DNA of 64,000 bases from Albidovulum sp. (GCF_030837785.1 NZ_JAUQYA010000023.1), one strand, 5' to 3'; positions 19,805 to 30,771 are shown, counted from the stretch's first letter. Numbers and translations: made by a program. The notes: generated by a model from the letters alone, not told the origin.

Positions 19805-20440
19805 ATGTTGCGCCGGTTCATGGTCTGCCTTGCCCTGCCGCTGGTGCTGCTTCTGGCCGCCTGCGGCGCGGAGCCGGTCTGGGCGCCCGACGAGGCGGTC
19901 GCCCGCGCGCGCTACGTCTCGGGCGAACAGCCCTCGATCACGCTCTTCACCGTCGTGCGCAAGAGGGGCAACGAGGGCGCGCATTCGGGGCTGATGATCG
20001 ACGGCAGCCAGCGGGTGATATTCGACCCGGCAGGCACCTGGCACCACCCGACGGTGCCGGAACGCAATGACCTGCACTTCGGCATCACCGAGCAGATGCG
20101 GAAGTTCTACATCGACTATCACGCGCGCGAGACCTTCGACGTGATCGAGCAGAAAATCTATGTATCGCCCGCCGTGGCCGAGGCGGCGATCCGCCGGGCG
20201 GAAGCCTACGGCGCGGTCAACAAGGCCTTCTGCGGCAGCTCTGTCAGCGACATCCTGCAGGGCCTGCCGGGCTTCGAATCGATCCCCAAGACGTTCTTCC
20301 CGAACAAGATCATGGATGCCTTCGGCGGGTTGCCCGGCGTCGTGACCAAGCTGCATGTGGACGGCGACCCGGATGACCATTCCGGCGTGCTGATGATCCA
20401 GCAGAGCGCCTCGATCGAACCGGCGCCGCCGTCGCGCTGA
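19805..20440 (+). CDS. Conserved lipoprotein
   Basis: LLAAC lipobox; GAHSGL and FDPAG motifs. Confidence 0.8.
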   Translation: MLRRFMVCLALPLVLLLAACGAEPVWAPDEAVARARYVSGEQPSITLFTVVRKRGNEGAHSGLMIDGSQRVIFDPAGTWHHPTVPERNDLHFGITEQMRKFYIDYHARETFDVIEQKIYVSPAVAEAAIRRAEAYGAVNKAFCGSSVSDILQGLPGFESIPKTFFPNKIMDAFGGLPGVVTKLHVDGDPDDHSGVLMIQQSASIEPAPPSR

Positions 20441-20443
20441 ACC

Positions 20444-21493
20444 TCAGTCGAAGATTCCCGTCACCCGTCCGAGCAGCATGAAGGCGCGGGCGGTGCGGGT
20501 TTCGGCAAGCGCCGCGACCTCCTGGTCGGTCGCGTTCTTCTCGAACTCGGCGAAGGTCCGGTCGAAGAGCCGCAGGAAATGGTGGACGGTGTCGCGGAAG
20601 ATCGTGTCCTGCCGCATCCGTCCGGCGGTGAGCGCAAGGCTCGACCGGTCGCGCACGCCGCCGAGTGCGGCGATGGCCTTGCCGCGCTCGCCTTGCGCGA
20701 ACCGTCGCCAGATCTCGGGCCGGGCCCGGTCCGGACGCAGGTCGTCCATGTAGATGCCGTCCTGGCTGAGCAGCGTCAGCGCGTCCTGCGCGGCGCGGAT
20801 CAGCTTGGCCAGCCCGCGGTCGTCGAGCGCCCGGCGAAGCGCACGGAACCCTTCCCGGTCGTTCTCGCTGTCGGGGAAGTTCAGCGCGCGGATGAAATCG
20901 GCCACCGAGACCGGCGCCGTGGCGCTTTCGGCCGGTGTCCCGAGGGCGAGTGCCGGCTGTTCGTCGGGCTCGGCGGCGTTGGAAACCGGGGCCACGAAGG
21001 CGGCCTTGCGGTCGGCCGAGGGCCGCGCCTCGTCGGCGTCGCGCCGCGAGGTGAAGGTGGCGATGGCGGTCTCGGCCTGTTTCGCCGCCACCGCGATCTC
21101 CTCGAGCCGCTTTTCGACCGACGACTTCGCCAGCCCGCCCTGGGCCTGGCTGACATAGGCGTGCCGCATCGCGTCGATGGCGGCCTGAAGCCGCTCGGCC
21201 TCCTCCTTCATCGTCCGCGCGGTCCTGAGCGTGATCGCCGCGATCCAGATGAGCGTGATCGGCAGGAAGATCGCCACCAGCACCATGACCGTGCCGAGCG
21301 CCCCGCCCGAGCCGTCGCCGACGCCCGCGAACAGGAAGAAGCCGCCCACCAGCGCGAGCCAGAGAAGGCTGACGCCGCCGGCGATGATCTCGGCCGTGCC
21401 GATCGCGGGATCGGCGGACGGGCGGGTATGGAGGCCGAAGCCGATGCGTTCCTCGGCGGCCCCTTCCGACTGCTGCCCGTCCGACATTGCCAA
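20444..21493 (-). CDS. Conserved hypothetical membrane protein
   Basis: Two N-terminal TM segments, a coiled coil and a conserved-looking C-terminus LSQDGIYMDDL...TRTARAFMLLGRV; start uncertain. Confidence 0.8.
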   Translation of the reverse strand: MAMSDGQQSEGAAEERIGFGLHTRPSADPAIGTAEIIAGGVSLLWLALVGGFFLFAGVGDGSGGALGTVMVLVAIFLPITLIWIAAITLRTARTMKEEAERLQAAIDAMRHAYVSQAQGGLAKSSVEKRLEEIAVAAKQAETAIATFTSRRDADEARPSADRKAAFVAPVSNAAEPDEQPALALGTPAESATAPVSVADFIRALNFPDSENDREGFRALRRALDDRGLAKLIRAAQDALTLLSQDGIYMDDLRPDRARPEIWRRFAQGERGKAIAALGGVRDRSSLALTAGRMRQDTIFRDTVHHFLRLFDRTFAEFEKNATDQEVAALAETRTARAFMLLGRVTGIFD

Positions 21494-21512
21494 CCCTCCC
21501 GCGCCCCGCCGG

Positions 21513-21983
21513 TCAGACGTAGCGGATGCTCAACACTTCGTAACTCTTCTCGCCCCCGGGGGTGCGCACCTCGACGCTGTCGCCCTCGTCCTTGCCGATC
21601 AGCGCGCGGGCGAGCGGCGAGCGGATGTTCAGAAGCCCCCGCTCGATGTCCGCCTCGGCCTCGCCGACGATCTGGTAGGTGCGTTCCTCATCGCTGTCCT
21701 CGTCGACGAGCGTGACCGTCGCGCCGAACTTGATCGCGCCGGAAAGGTTCGTCGGGTCGATCACCTCGGCGCGCGACAGCGTCGCCTCAAGCTCCTTGAT
21801 CCGGCCCTCGACGAAGCTCTGGCGTTCCCGCGCCGCGTGGTACTCGGCGTTCTCCGACAGGTCGCCGTGTTCGCGCGCCTCGGCAATGGCGCGGATCACG
21901 GCCGGCCGCTCCACCGTCTTCAGCGTCTTCAGTTCCTGGTCGAGCGCGGCATGGCCCGCGCGGGTCATCGGTATCTTTTCCAT
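21513..21983 (-). CDS. greA: Transcription elongation factor GreA
   Basis: [13 protein letters not shown] and [10 protein letters not shown] motifs. Confidence 0.97.
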   Translation of the reverse strand: MEKIPMTRAGHAALDQELKTLKTVERPAVIRAIAEAREHGDLSENAEYHAARERQSFVEGRIKELEATLSRAEVIDPTNLSGAIKFGATVTLVDEDSDEERTYQIVGEAEADIERGLLNIRSPLARALIGKDEGDSVEVRTPGGEKSYEVLSIRYV

Positions 21984-22136
21984 CGTCGTCCGTAACTGGG
22001 AACTCGCCGCAAAAAGGCCTGGATCGTGCGCAATACCAAGCTGTAAACCCGGGATGCGGCTCGAAAGTCAATAGGTGCGCCGCGGCGACCGTCGCGGGTT
22101 GGGGGGTTTTCGCCGGGGTGGAGGCCGGGTGACCGT

Positions 22137-23135
22137 GTGAAGCTGTTCTTTCGCATTTCCCTTGGCTATGCCGTGGTCTCGCTGACGGCCATCATGGCCG
22201 TGCGCGATGTCGGCTTCGACCTTGTGGTCGCAGCGGGCTTTGTCACGGTCGAGTTCGCGACCGCCATCGTTTCGGCCGCGACATGGGTGCTTCCGGCGCT
22301 CCTCCTCCTGCCGATCCTCGTCGGGTTGCGCCGTTCCGCCGCGGGCCTGGGCGGCCTCGGCTATGCGCTCGCCGGCAGCAGCCTGTTTCAGGCGGCGTTC
22401 TCTCTGACGAAGTCCTCGATTCCCTTCTTCGTGCCCTTCTATGCCGATCCCCCGCTGGCGGCACTCGACCGGATGCTTCACGGCGGGGTCGACCCCTGGG
22501 TCTTCGCCCATCGCTGGGCCGGCCTCTTTCCGGTGGAATGGCTGTTTCCGCTCTATCTGGAGGTCTGGCTGGTTCCGGCAATCGGTTTCGCCGTCTTCCT
22601 GGCGCTGACCGACCGCGACCGCGAGCGGCAGACGCGATTCGTCGTGCTCCACTTCACCTGCTGGGTGGTTCTGGGCACCGTCCTCGCGGTGGCCGGCGCC
22701 TCGGTCGGACCGGTCTACTATGACGCCCTCCTCGGCGGCAGCCGGTTCGAGGCGCTGACCACCGCGCTCGCCGCCTCGCCGCTCGCCACCGACAATCTCG
22801 CCACCGTGCAGGATCACCTCTGGGCGTCCTACGAGCGTCGCGGCCTTGCCTTCGGCTCGGGCATCTCCGCCTTCCCGAGCGTGCATGTCGCCGTGGCGAC
22901 GATGACCGCGCTCTATCTGGCCGAACGCCGGTGGTGGCTGGCGCTGCCGGGTGCGGGCTTTGTCGCGGCGATCCTCTTCCTGTCGGTCTATACCGGGTAT
23001 CACTACGCGGTGGACGGGTATTTCTCCATCCTGGTCGTCGTTGCCGTCTGGGCGGCGCTGCGCCGGGTGCGGCTCGCGGGGTTCGGGCCTCGGCCCCTGC
23101 GGCTGCCGCCGGAAGCGGGTGTGTCGGCACCGTAA
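22137..23135 (+). CDS. PAP2 superfamily membrane protein (Aur1/IPC-synthase-like)
   Basis: SVGP, GISAFPSVHVA and GYHYAVDG catalytic-type motifs; multiple TM segments. Confidence 0.82.
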   Translation: MKLFFRISLGYAVVSLTAIMAVRDVGFDLVVAAGFVTVEFATAIVSAATWVLPALLLLPILVGLRRSAAGLGGLGYALAGSSLFQAAFSLTKSSIPFFVPFYADPPLAALDRMLHGGVDPWVFAHRWAGLFPVEWLFPLYLEVWLVPAIGFAVFLALTDRDRERQTRFVVLHFTCWVVLGTVLAVAGASVGPVYYDALLGGSRFEALTTALAASPLATDNLATVQDHLWASYERRGLAFGSGISAFPSVHVAVATMTALYLAERRWWLALPGAGFVAAILFLSVYTGYHYAVDGYFSILVVVAVWAALRRVRLAGFGPRPLRLPPEAGVSAP

Positions 23136-23258
23136 TGACGCAACCTCATCCCGGATCGCCGCCGCGGCGACATGTCCGCCGCGTTATTGTTGCGCCCTTC
23201 CGCTCGGTAAGCTAACGATCTGTCCCGGCAACCACGGCGGGACAGCGCGGCGAAAGGG

Positions 23259-24914
23259 ATGAAGATGACCGAAGTCATCCGTGAATCGATGGAATATGAC
23301 GTGGTGATCGTCGGCGCGGGCCCGTCCGGCTTGTCCGCGGCGATCCGCCTGAAGCAGCTCGATCCCGACCTGAACGTCGTGGTTCTGGAAAAGGGCTCCG
23401 AGGTCGGCGCGCATATCCTGTCGGGTGCGGTGCTCGACACCTCGGGCCTCGACGCGCTGATTCCGGACTGGAAGGAAAGGGGCGCGCCGATCACCGTCGA
23501 GGTGAAGCACGACAACTTCTACGTCCTCGGCCCGGCGGGACAGGTGCGCATCCCCAACTGGCCGATGCCGCCGCTGATGTCGAACCACGGCAAGTACATC
23601 GTCTCGATGGCCAATGTCTGCCGCTGGATGGCCGGCCAGGCCGAGGCGCTGGGGGTGGAGATCTTCCCCGGCATGGCCTGTTCGCAGCTTGTCTACGGGC
23701 CGGACGGCGGGGTGAAGGGCGTTGTCGCCGGCGAGATGGGCCGCAACCCCGACGGCACGCCGGGGCCCAACTATGAACCCGGCATGGAACTTCTGGGCAA
23801 GTATGTCTTCCTGTCGGAAGGCGTGCGCGGCAGCCTCGCCAAGGAAGTCATCGCCAGATACGACCTGTCGAAAGGCCACTGCCCGCAGAAGTTCGGCATC
23901 GGCATGAAGGAAATCTGGGAAATCGACCCCGCCAAGCACAAGCTGGGCACGGTGACCCATACGATGGGCTGGCCACTGGGCCGCAACGCCGGAGGCGGCA
24001 GCTTCATCTACCACCTCGAGAACAACCAGGTCTTCGTCGGCTTCGTGGTGCACCTGAACTACCAGAACCCGCACCTTTACCCCTACATGGAGTTCCAGCG
24101 CTTCAAGCACCATCCGATGGTGGCGGAGCTTCTGAAGGGCGGCAAGCGCGTGGCCTATGGCGCGCGCGCGATCTCCGAGGGCGGCTGGCAGTCGATCCCG
24201 AAGCTGGTGGCGCCCGGCGTGGCGCTTCTCGGCTGTTCGGCGGGGCTGGTGAACGTGCCACGGATCAAGGGCAACCACAACGCGATGCTGTCGGGGATCG
24301 CCGCGGCAGAGGCGGCGCACGGGGCGATCAAGGCCGGCCGGGCCGGCGACGAGCTTGCCGGATACGAATCCGACCTGCGCTCGGGGCCGATCGCGAAGGA
24401 CCTCAAGCGCGTGCGCAACGTCAAGCCGATGTGGTCGCGCTGGGGGATGATCCCGAGCCTCGTCCTCGGCGGGCTCGACATGTGGACGAATCAGCTGGGG
24501 CTTTCGCTTTTCGGCACGCTGAAGCACGGCAAGACCGACGCAGCAGCCACCGGCGAGGCGAAGGACTTCCCGAAGATCGACTATCCCAGGCCCGATGGCG
24601 TGCTGTCCTTCGACCGGCTGACCAACGTCGCCTTCAGCTTCACCAACCACGAGGAAAGCCAGCCCTGCCACCTCAGGCTGAAGGACCCCTCGGTGCCGAT
24701 CGCGGTGAACCTGCCGAAATACGACGAACCGGCGCAGCGCTACTGCCCGGCCGGCGTCTACGAGGTCCTGGCCGACGAGGCCGGCAATCCGCGGTTCCAG
24801 ATCAACTTCCAGAACTGCGTCCACTGCAAGACCTGCGACATCAAGGATCCGAGCCAGAACATCGTCTGGACGACGCCGCAGGGTGGCGACGGGCCGAACT
24901 ATCCGAACATGTAA
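23259..24914 (+). CDS. Electron transfer flavoprotein-ubiquinone oxidoreductase
   Basis: VIVGAGPSG, HILSGA, YCPAGVYE and NCVHCKTCDIKDP motifs. Confidence 0.96.
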   Translation: MKMTEVIRESMEYDVVIVGAGPSGLSAAIRLKQLDPDLNVVVLEKGSEVGAHILSGAVLDTSGLDALIPDWKERGAPITVEVKHDNFYVLGPAGQVRIPNWPMPPLMSNHGKYIVSMANVCRWMAGQAEALGVEIFPGMACSQLVYGPDGGVKGVVAGEMGRNPDGTPGPNYEPGMELLGKYVFLSEGVRGSLAKEVIARYDLSKGHCPQKFGIGMKEIWEIDPAKHKLGTVTHTMGWPLGRNAGGGSFIYHLENNQVFVGFVVHLNYQNPHLYPYMEFQRFKHHPMVAELLKGGKRVAYGARAISEGGWQSIPKLVAPGVALLGCSAGLVNVPRIKGNHNAMLSGIAAAEAAHGAIKAGRAGDELAGYESDLRSGPIAKDLKRVRNVKPMWSRWGMIPSLVLGGLDMWTNQLGLSLFGTLKHGKTDAAATGEAKDFPKIDYPRPDGVLSFDRLTNVAFSFTNHEESQPCHLRLKDPSVPIAVNLPKYDEPAQRYCPAGVYEVLADEAGNPRFQINFQNCVHCKTCDIKDPSQNIVWTTPQGGDGPNYPNM

Positions 24915-25021
24915 CATCTTCGGCAATGATCCCCGGGCGGGGCGCCTTGCGGGGCGCCTCGCATTGCCTTGGCGCAGCGGCCGGACTAGGCTCGTCCGGC
25001 CCCAACGAAGGATGCGCCCCC

Positions 25022-26728
25022 GTGACGACCCGCAAGCTCCCGCTTCTTCTCTCGCTCGGCCTCGGCCTTGCCGTCTGGATGCCGGCTGCGGCCAGGGCGG
25101 ATGCGTCGGGCCCCTATCTTGCCGGGCGGCTCGCCAGCATGGAATCGGACTATGTCGCGGCGGCCGACTACTACACCCGTGCGCTGGCCGCCGACCCCGC
25201 CAACCCGGCGATCCTGGAGGACGCCATCGTGTCGCAGATCGGCCGCGGCGCGGTCGACCGGGCGGTCGCGCCGGCGCGTTCGCTCGAGACGCTGGGGACA
25301 AAGAGCCAGATCGCTGATCTCGTCGTTCTCACCGACCTGGCGAAGCAGGGCGACTTCGCCGGCGCCGTCGCCGAGCTTGACAAGGGCCGCAGCGCCGGCC
25401 TCCTCATTGATGGGCTGTTCCGGGCCTGGGCGCTGGTGGGGCAGGGCCAGATGTCGGAGGCGACGGTTGCCTTCGACAAGGTCGCCGCAGCGCCGGGCAG
25501 CCGCGCTTTCGGGCTTTACCACAAGGGCCTCGCGCTTGCCTCGGTGGGCGATTTCGAGGGCGCCGACCACATCTTCTCCGGCGAGGAGGGCGGGCCCCTG
25601 CGCGCCACCCGCCGCGGTGTGCTTGCGCACGCCGAAATCCTCAGCCAGCTCGAACGCAACCCCGCCGCGATCGAACTGATCGACAAGACGATGGGCGACG
25701 CGGCCGACCCGGCCTTCGCGAGGCTCAGGGCCGACCTCGATGCGGGAAAGTCGGTGCCCTTCGACATCGTCGGAAACGCCACCGACGGGCTGGCGGAGGT
25801 GTTCTTCACGGTCGCCTCGGCGCTGCGGGGCGAAAGCGCGGACGTGAATACGCTGGCCTATGCGCGGATGGCCGAATATCTCGCGCCCGAGGACGCCGAC
25901 GTGCTGCTTCTCTCGGCGCAGATCCTCGAATCGCAGGGGCAGCACGACCTCGCGGTCGAGACCTATGCGAAAATCCCCCACGACGATCCCGCCTATGTCG
26001 CCTCAGAAGTCGGCCGGTCGGATGCGCTGATTGCGGCGGGAAGGACCGAGGCGGGGATCGAGGTGCTGGAACAGCTCGCCCGGTCCTATCCCGAACGTGC
26101 CGACATCTGGGGGGCGCTCGGCGACATCCTGCGCCAGGAGGAACGCTACGGCGACGCGGCAGGCGCCTATGACAAGGCCATCGCCACCTTCACCGGCGAC
26201 GATCCGGACCAGTGGGTCGTCTACTACACCCGCGGGATCGCCCATGAACGCACCCGGGACTGGCCCGCGGCCGAGGCCGATTTCCGCAAGGCGCTGGCGC
26301 TTCATCCGGACCAGCCCTCGGTGCTCAACTACCTCGGCTATTCCTATCTGGAGCGGAAGGAGAACTACGACGAGGCGCTGGCGATGATCGAGAAGGCGGT
26401 CGCCGAACGTCCCGACGACGGCGCGATCGTCGACAGCCTCGGCTGGGCGCTCTACCGGCTCGGCCGCTATGACGAGGCGGTGGGGCATCTGGAAAAGGCG
26501 GTCGAACTGATGCCGGTCGATGCCGTCGTCAACGATCATCTCGGCGACGTCTACTGGGCCGTGGGCCGCAAGCGCGAGGCGGAATTCCAGTGGAAGCGGG
26601 CGTTGTCGTTCAAGCCTGACACCGAGGAGGAAGCCAAGCGCATCCGCCGCAAGCTGGAAGTCGGACTCGACGTCGTGCTGAAGGAAGAGGGCGCGGAGCC
26701 CCTGGCCGTCACCAAGAATGGCGATTGA
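25022..26728 (+). CDS. Secreted tetratricopeptide repeat protein
   Basis: Signal peptide; [13 protein letters not shown] and [12 protein letters not shown] motifs; upstream of ispE. Confidence 0.9.
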   Translation: MTTRKLPLLLSLGLGLAVWMPAAARADASGPYLAGRLASMESDYVAAADYYTRALAADPANPAILEDAIVSQIGRGAVDRAVAPARSLETLGTKSQIADLVVLTDLAKQGDFAGAVAELDKGRSAGLLIDGLFRAWALVGQGQMSEATVAFDKVAAAPGSRAFGLYHKGLALASVGDFEGADHIFSGEEGGPLRATRRGVLAHAEILSQLERNPAAIELIDKTMGDAADPAFARLRADLDAGKSVPFDIVGNATDGLAEVFFTVASALRGESADVNTLAYARMAEYLAPEDADVLLLSAQILESQGQHDLAVETYAKIPHDDPAYVASEVGRSDALIAAGRTEAGIEVLEQLARSYPERADIWGALGDILRQEERYGDAAGAYDKAIATFTGDDPDQWVVYYTRGIAHERTRDWPAAEADFRKALALHPDQPSVLNYLGYSYLERKENYDEALAMIEKAVAERPDDGAIVDSLGWALYRLGRYDEAVGHLEKAVELMPVDAVVNDHLGDVYWAVGRKREAEFQWKRALSFKPDTEEEAKRIRRKLEVGLDVVLKEEGAEPLAVTKNGD

Positions 26729-27554
26729 GGAGTTTGCGCCGGCGAAGCTGAACCTGGCGCTGCATGTCACCGGCCAGCGGCCGGACGGCTATCACCTGCT
26801 CGACAGTCTCGTCGTCTTCGCGGATGTGGGCGATCGGGTCACGGTGGCGCCCGCCGAGGCGCTGACGCTTGCGGTCGCGGGCCCCGAGGGGGCGGGGCTG
26901 ACGGCGGGGGAGGACAATCTTGTCCTGCGCGCGGCACGAGCCTTCGGCGCCGGGCGCGGCGCCGCGATCGTGCTGGAAAAGACCCTGCCGGTGGCCTCCG
27001 GCATCGGCGGCGGCTCGGCCGATGCGGCGGCCGCACTCCGGGCGCTGGCGCGGCTCTGGGGCCTGCCGCTGCCGGATGCGGCGGCGGTGCTGGCGCTCGG
27101 CGCCGACGTGCCGGTCTGCCTCGCCGGGCGGCCTGCCCGGATGGGCGGGATCGGCGAGGCGCTGGTGCCGGTGCCCACGCTGCCCGAGGTGGCGGTGCTC
27201 CTCGTGAACCCGCGGGTGGAGGTCGCGACGCCGGCGGTGTTCCGCGCCCTGGCCCGCAAGGACAATCCGGCGATGGAAACGCCGCCCCGGGCCTTCGCAG
27301 GCCCCGGGGACCTCGCCGCCTGGCTGTCCCGCCAGCGCAACGATCTGGAGGCGCCGGCGATCGCCGTCGCACCGGTCATCGCCGATGCCCTTTCCGCCAT
27401 TGCCGCGACCGGCCCGCTGATGGCGCGGATGTCGGGATCGGGCGCGACCTGCTTTGGGCTTTTCGCGACGCTCGCCGGCGCCGGGGCCGCCGCCCGGAGG
27501 CTTGCCGCCCGCCACCCCGGATGGTGGGTGCGGGCAGCGCCAGTGCTTGGCTGA
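26718..27554 (+). CDS. ispE: 4-diphosphocytidyl-2-C-methyl-D-erythritol kinase
   Basis: [19 protein letters not shown] and MSGSGATCF motifs. Confidence 0.96.
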   Translation: MAIEEFAPAKLNLALHVTGQRPDGYHLLDSLVVFADVGDRVTVAPAEALTLAVAGPEGAGLTAGEDNLVLRAARAFGAGRGAAIVLEKTLPVASGIGGGSADAAAALRALARLWGLPLPDAAAVLALGADVPVCLAGRPARMGGIGEALVPVPTLPEVAVLLVNPRVEVATPAVFRALARKDNPAMETPPRAFAGPGDLAAWLSRQRNDLEAPAIAVAPVIADALSAIAATGPLMARMSGSGATCFGLFATLAGAGAAARRLAARHPGWWVRAAPVLG

Positions 27555-27570
27555 GGGGCCTGGCGGAAGC

Positions 27571-28572
27571 TCAGTTCACGCGCGAGACGACATAGTCGGC
27601 GAAGTCGGACAGCATGTCGCGCAAGGGATGCGGGGGCAGGGCGGCAAGGGCGGCCTTGGCCCGGACAGCCCAGGCCAGCGCCTCGTCCCGCGTCGCCTCC
27701 ATCGCGCCGTGACGCGCCATGAGCGCCAGCGCATGGTCGAGATCGCCGTCGTGCTGGTCGCCCTTCTCGATCACCCGCCGCCAGAATGCGCGGCCCGCCT
27801 CGTCTGCCTTCGCCACCGCCTTGATGACCGGCAGCGTCAGCTTGCGTTCGCGGAAATCGTCGCCGGTGTTCTTGCCGATCACCGCCGAGGTGCCGCCGTA
27901 GTCAAGAAGGTCGTCGGCGATCTGGAAGGCGATGCCAAGTGCGTCGCCGTAGGTGAAAAGCGCGCGCACCTGATCTTCCGGCGCACCGGCGATCACGCCG
28001 CCGACCTCGGTCGCGGCCGAGAAGAGCGCGGCGGTCTTGCCGCGGATCACCTTCAGGTAGATGTCTTCGTCGGTGCGCAGGTCCTGCGCCGCGGTCAGTT
28101 GCAGCACCTCTCCTTCCGCGATCGTCGCCGAGGCGTTGGCGAGGATGTCGAGCACGCGGATCGAGCCGGTTTCGGTCATGAGCTGGAACGACCGGGCGAA
28201 GAGGTAGTCGCCGACCAGAACGGAAGACTTGTTGTCCCACAGCAGGTTGGCGGTGGGGCGGCCGCGGCGCTGGCGACTTTCATCGACGACGTCGTCATGC
28301 AGGAGCGTCGCGGTATGGATGAACTCCACCGTCGCCGCGAGGCGGATGTGATGGTCGCCCTCGTAGCCGAGAAGCCGCGCCGCGGCGAGCGTCAGCATCG
28401 GCCTCAGCCGCTTGCCCCCCGCCTCGACGAGATGCGCCGTGACCTCGGGGATGCGCGGCGCATGTTCCGACGCCATCCGGGTGCGGATCAGCGCGTTCAC
28501 ACGCTCCATGTCGTCGGCCAGATACTCGCCAAGCCGGTCATGCGGTTTCTGCGCGGTCTCGTCCAGGCCCAT
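27571..28572 (-). CDS. ispB: Polyprenyl (decaprenyl/octaprenyl) diphosphate synthase
   Basis: GGKRLRP, LLHDDVVD and FQIADDLLD motifs. Confidence 0.93.
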   Translation of the reverse strand: MGLDETAQKPHDRLGEYLADDMERVNALIRTRMASEHAPRIPEVTAHLVEAGGKRLRPMLTLAAARLLGYEGDHHIRLAATVEFIHTATLLHDDVVDESRQRRGRPTANLLWDNKSSVLVGDYLFARSFQLMTETGSIRVLDILANASATIAEGEVLQLTAAQDLRTDEDIYLKVIRGKTAALFSAATEVGGVIAGAPEDQVRALFTYGDALGIAFQIADDLLDYGGTSAVIGKNTGDDFRERKLTLPVIKAVAKADEAGRAFWRRVIEKGDQHDGDLDHALALMARHGAMEATRDEALAWAVRAKAALAALPPHPLRDMLSDFADYVVSRVN

Positions 28573-28621
28573 TCCCGTCTCGCCTCGACAAAGCCGGGGC
28601 TTCGTCCTTATGTCCAAGATC

Positions 28622-28831
28622 ATGAAGGAACTTCTGCGCACCAACGACCCGACCGTCATCGCCTTCGCCACAGCGCTCCTTGACGCTGAGGGTATAGCGG
28701 CGTTTCAGATGGACGTCCACATGAGCGTGCTCGAAGGCTCGCTTGGCATTTTGCCGCGCCGCCTGATGGTGCGCGACGCCGATCTGTTCGTTGCGCGGGC
28801 GGTGCTGAAGGACAACGGGATCGAGGCCTGA
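28622..28831 (+). CDS. DUF2007 domain protein
   Basis: MKELLRTNDP...MSVLEGSLGILPRRLMV. Confidence 0.85.
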   Translation: MKELLRTNDPTVIAFATALLDAEGIAAFQMDVHMSVLEGSLGILPRRLMVRDADLFVARAVLKDNGIEA

Positions 28832-28832
28832 G

Positions 28833-29597
28833 ATGTTCGGCTTGGACGAGATCACCACCGACGGATTTCTGGGCGGCCGCCTGAGCATCGTGCAGCCGGC
28901 CGCGGGCTATCGCGCCGCGGCCGATCCGGTGCTTCTGGCCGCGGCCGTTCAGGCCAGGCCGGGGCAGGCGGTGCTTGAGCTTGGCTGCGGCGTGGGCGTG
29001 GCGAGCCTTTGCCTGGGGTGGCGGGTGGCGGGCCTCGCGCTCGCCGGGCTGGAGGTGCAGCCCGCCTATGCCGCGCTCGCCCGGCAGAACGCCGCCGCGA
29101 ACCGCCAGGATTTCGAGGTTTTCGAAGGCGATCTCGCGGCGATGCCCGCCGTGCTCAGGTCGCGGACATTCGACCATGTCATCGCCAACCCGCCCTTTTT
29201 CGCGGCGGGCAGCGGCACGGCGGCGCGCGACCCGGGGCGCGAGACCGCGCAGCGCGAGGCGACGCCGCTCGGTGACTGGATCGACGCCGGCCTCAGGCGG
29301 CTCAGGCCCGGCGGCTGGCTCACGCTGATCCAGTCGGCCGAACGCCTGCCCGACATCCTCGCGGCCCTCGGCCGCCGCGCCGGCAGCGTCACCGTCATGT
29401 CCGTCGCCCCGCGCCCCGGCCGGGCGGCGGGCCGGGTCATCGTGAGGGCGCGCAAGGGCGGGCGGGCGCCCTTCCGGCTGATGGCGCCGTTGATCCTGCA
29501 CGACGGGCCCGCGCATCTGCGCGACGGCGACGACTACAGCGCCGAGGCGCGCGCCGTGCTGCGCGAGGGGGCCGCGCTGCCGGGGCCGGATACATAG
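28833..29597 (+). CDS. SAM-dependent methyltransferase (tRNA1(Val) A37 N6-methyltransferase-like)
   Basis: GYRAAADPVLLAA, LELGCGVG and NPPFF motifs. Confidence 0.88.
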   Translation: MFGLDEITTDGFLGGRLSIVQPAAGYRAAADPVLLAAAVQARPGQAVLELGCGVGVASLCLGWRVAGLALAGLEVQPAYAALARQNAAANRQDFEVFEGDLAAMPAVLRSRTFDHVIANPPFFAAGSGTAARDPGRETAQREATPLGDWIDAGLRRLRPGGWLTLIQSAERLPDILAALGRRAGSVTVMSVAPRPGRAAGRVIVRARKGGRAPFRLMAPLILHDGPAHLRDGDDYSAEARAVLREGAALPGPDT

Positions 29598-29723
29598 GCC
29601 GTCAACCTTTCGGCAGGGATTCGGCCGTCATCCTGTGCCTGCGCGGTGGTGACATTCTTCCGCGTGACACGACTCGTGGAATGTGATGGGATCGTGACAG
29701 GGTTCACTGGATAGGAGACGACG

Positions 29724-29891
29724 ATGTCGCTTGGTTCGCACCTGCAGGAACTTCGCAAGAAACACCAGCTCCTGTCGGAGGCCGTGGAAGAGGCGCAGCG
29801 CCATCCGGCTTATGACGATCTGGCCATTTCCGACATGAAGAAGGAAAAGCTTCGCATCAAGGAAGAGATCGCGCGCCTCAGCCAGGCGTGA
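29724..29891 (+). CDS. DUF465/YdcH family small coiled-coil protein
   Basis: Below the ORF-track cutoff; MSLGSHLQELRKKHQLLSEAVEEAQRHP...MKKEKLRIKEEIARL; AGGAG RBS. Confidence 0.88.
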   Translation: MSLGSHLQELRKKHQLLSEAVEEAQRHPAYDDLAISDMKKEKLRIKEEIARLSQA

Positions 29892-30771
29892 CATCCCCGG
29901 CCGGGCGGGCGGCCCGGCGACCTGCATAGGCGGCCAGCGCGGCGCCCGCGGCGATCATCGCCGCGGCGACAGAGAGCTTGATGCTTGCCGCCGCCGATCC
30001 GGCGAGCACGAGCGCAAGCGTGGACAGCAGCGGCGCGGCATAGGATGCCGTGCCGAGAAGTTGAATATCGCCACGCTTGACGCCGACATCCCAGGTGAAG
30101 AAGGCCAACCCCACCGGACCGAGGCCAAGGGCGAGCGTCGCAGCCCATCCCGCCGCGCCATCAGGCCAGGCGGTCGTTTCCAGCGCGAGATGCGCCGGCA
30201 CCGAAAGAGCGGCGGTCATCAGGCAGAACACTGTCACCGCCGCGGTCGGTACCGCCCCCATGCGGCGCGACAGGATCGAATATCCTGTCCATGTCAGCGC
30301 GCAGAGAAGCGCGAGCGCATAGCCGGGCAGGGCGGAGGTGTCGGGGCTGCCGATCCCGTCGGCGATCAGCAGCGCCGCGCCGGCGAAGGCGATCGCCGCG
30401 CCAGCTACATGGCCCGCCCCCAGCCGCTCGCCGGGCAGGAGTCCGGAGAACAGCACGAGCAGGAGCGGCCAGAGATAGGCGATCAGACTCGCCTCGGCCG
30501 CGGGCGCGAGCCTGAGCGCCGAGAAATAGAAGAGGTGATAGCCGAAAAGGCCAGCCGTGCCGAAGGCATAGACCTTCCACGACACGGCGCGGAGCTGGCG
30601 GAGACCGCCCGTCGTCATCGTCCAGATCAGCCCCACCAGCCCGCCCACCGCGAAGGCCATCGCGTTGAGCTGCAACGGCGGCACCGGCGCCGTCCGCACC
30701 GTCAGGAGCGCGAGAAGCGCCCACATCAGGACGGCGGTGAAGCCGATGGCGGTGGCGCGGGCGCGGCTCAT
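29878..30771 (-). CDS. EamA/DMT family transporter (YddG-like)
   Basis: About 10 TM segments; LIAYLWPLL and WDVGVKRGD motifs. Confidence 0.9.
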   Translation of the reverse strand: MSRARATAIGFTAVLMWALLALLTVRTAPVPPLQLNAMAFAVGGLVGLIWTMTTGGLRQLRAVSWKVYAFGTAGLFGYHLFYFSALRLAPAAEASLIAYLWPLLLVLFSGLLPGERLGAGHVAGAAIAFAGAALLIADGIGSPDTSALPGYALALLCALTWTGYSILSRRMGAVPTAAVTVFCLMTAALSVPAHLALETTAWPDGAAGWAATLALGLGPVGLAFFTWDVGVKRGDIQLLGTASYAAPLLSTLALVLAGSAAASIKLSVAAAMIAAGAALAAYAGRRAARPAGDVTPG

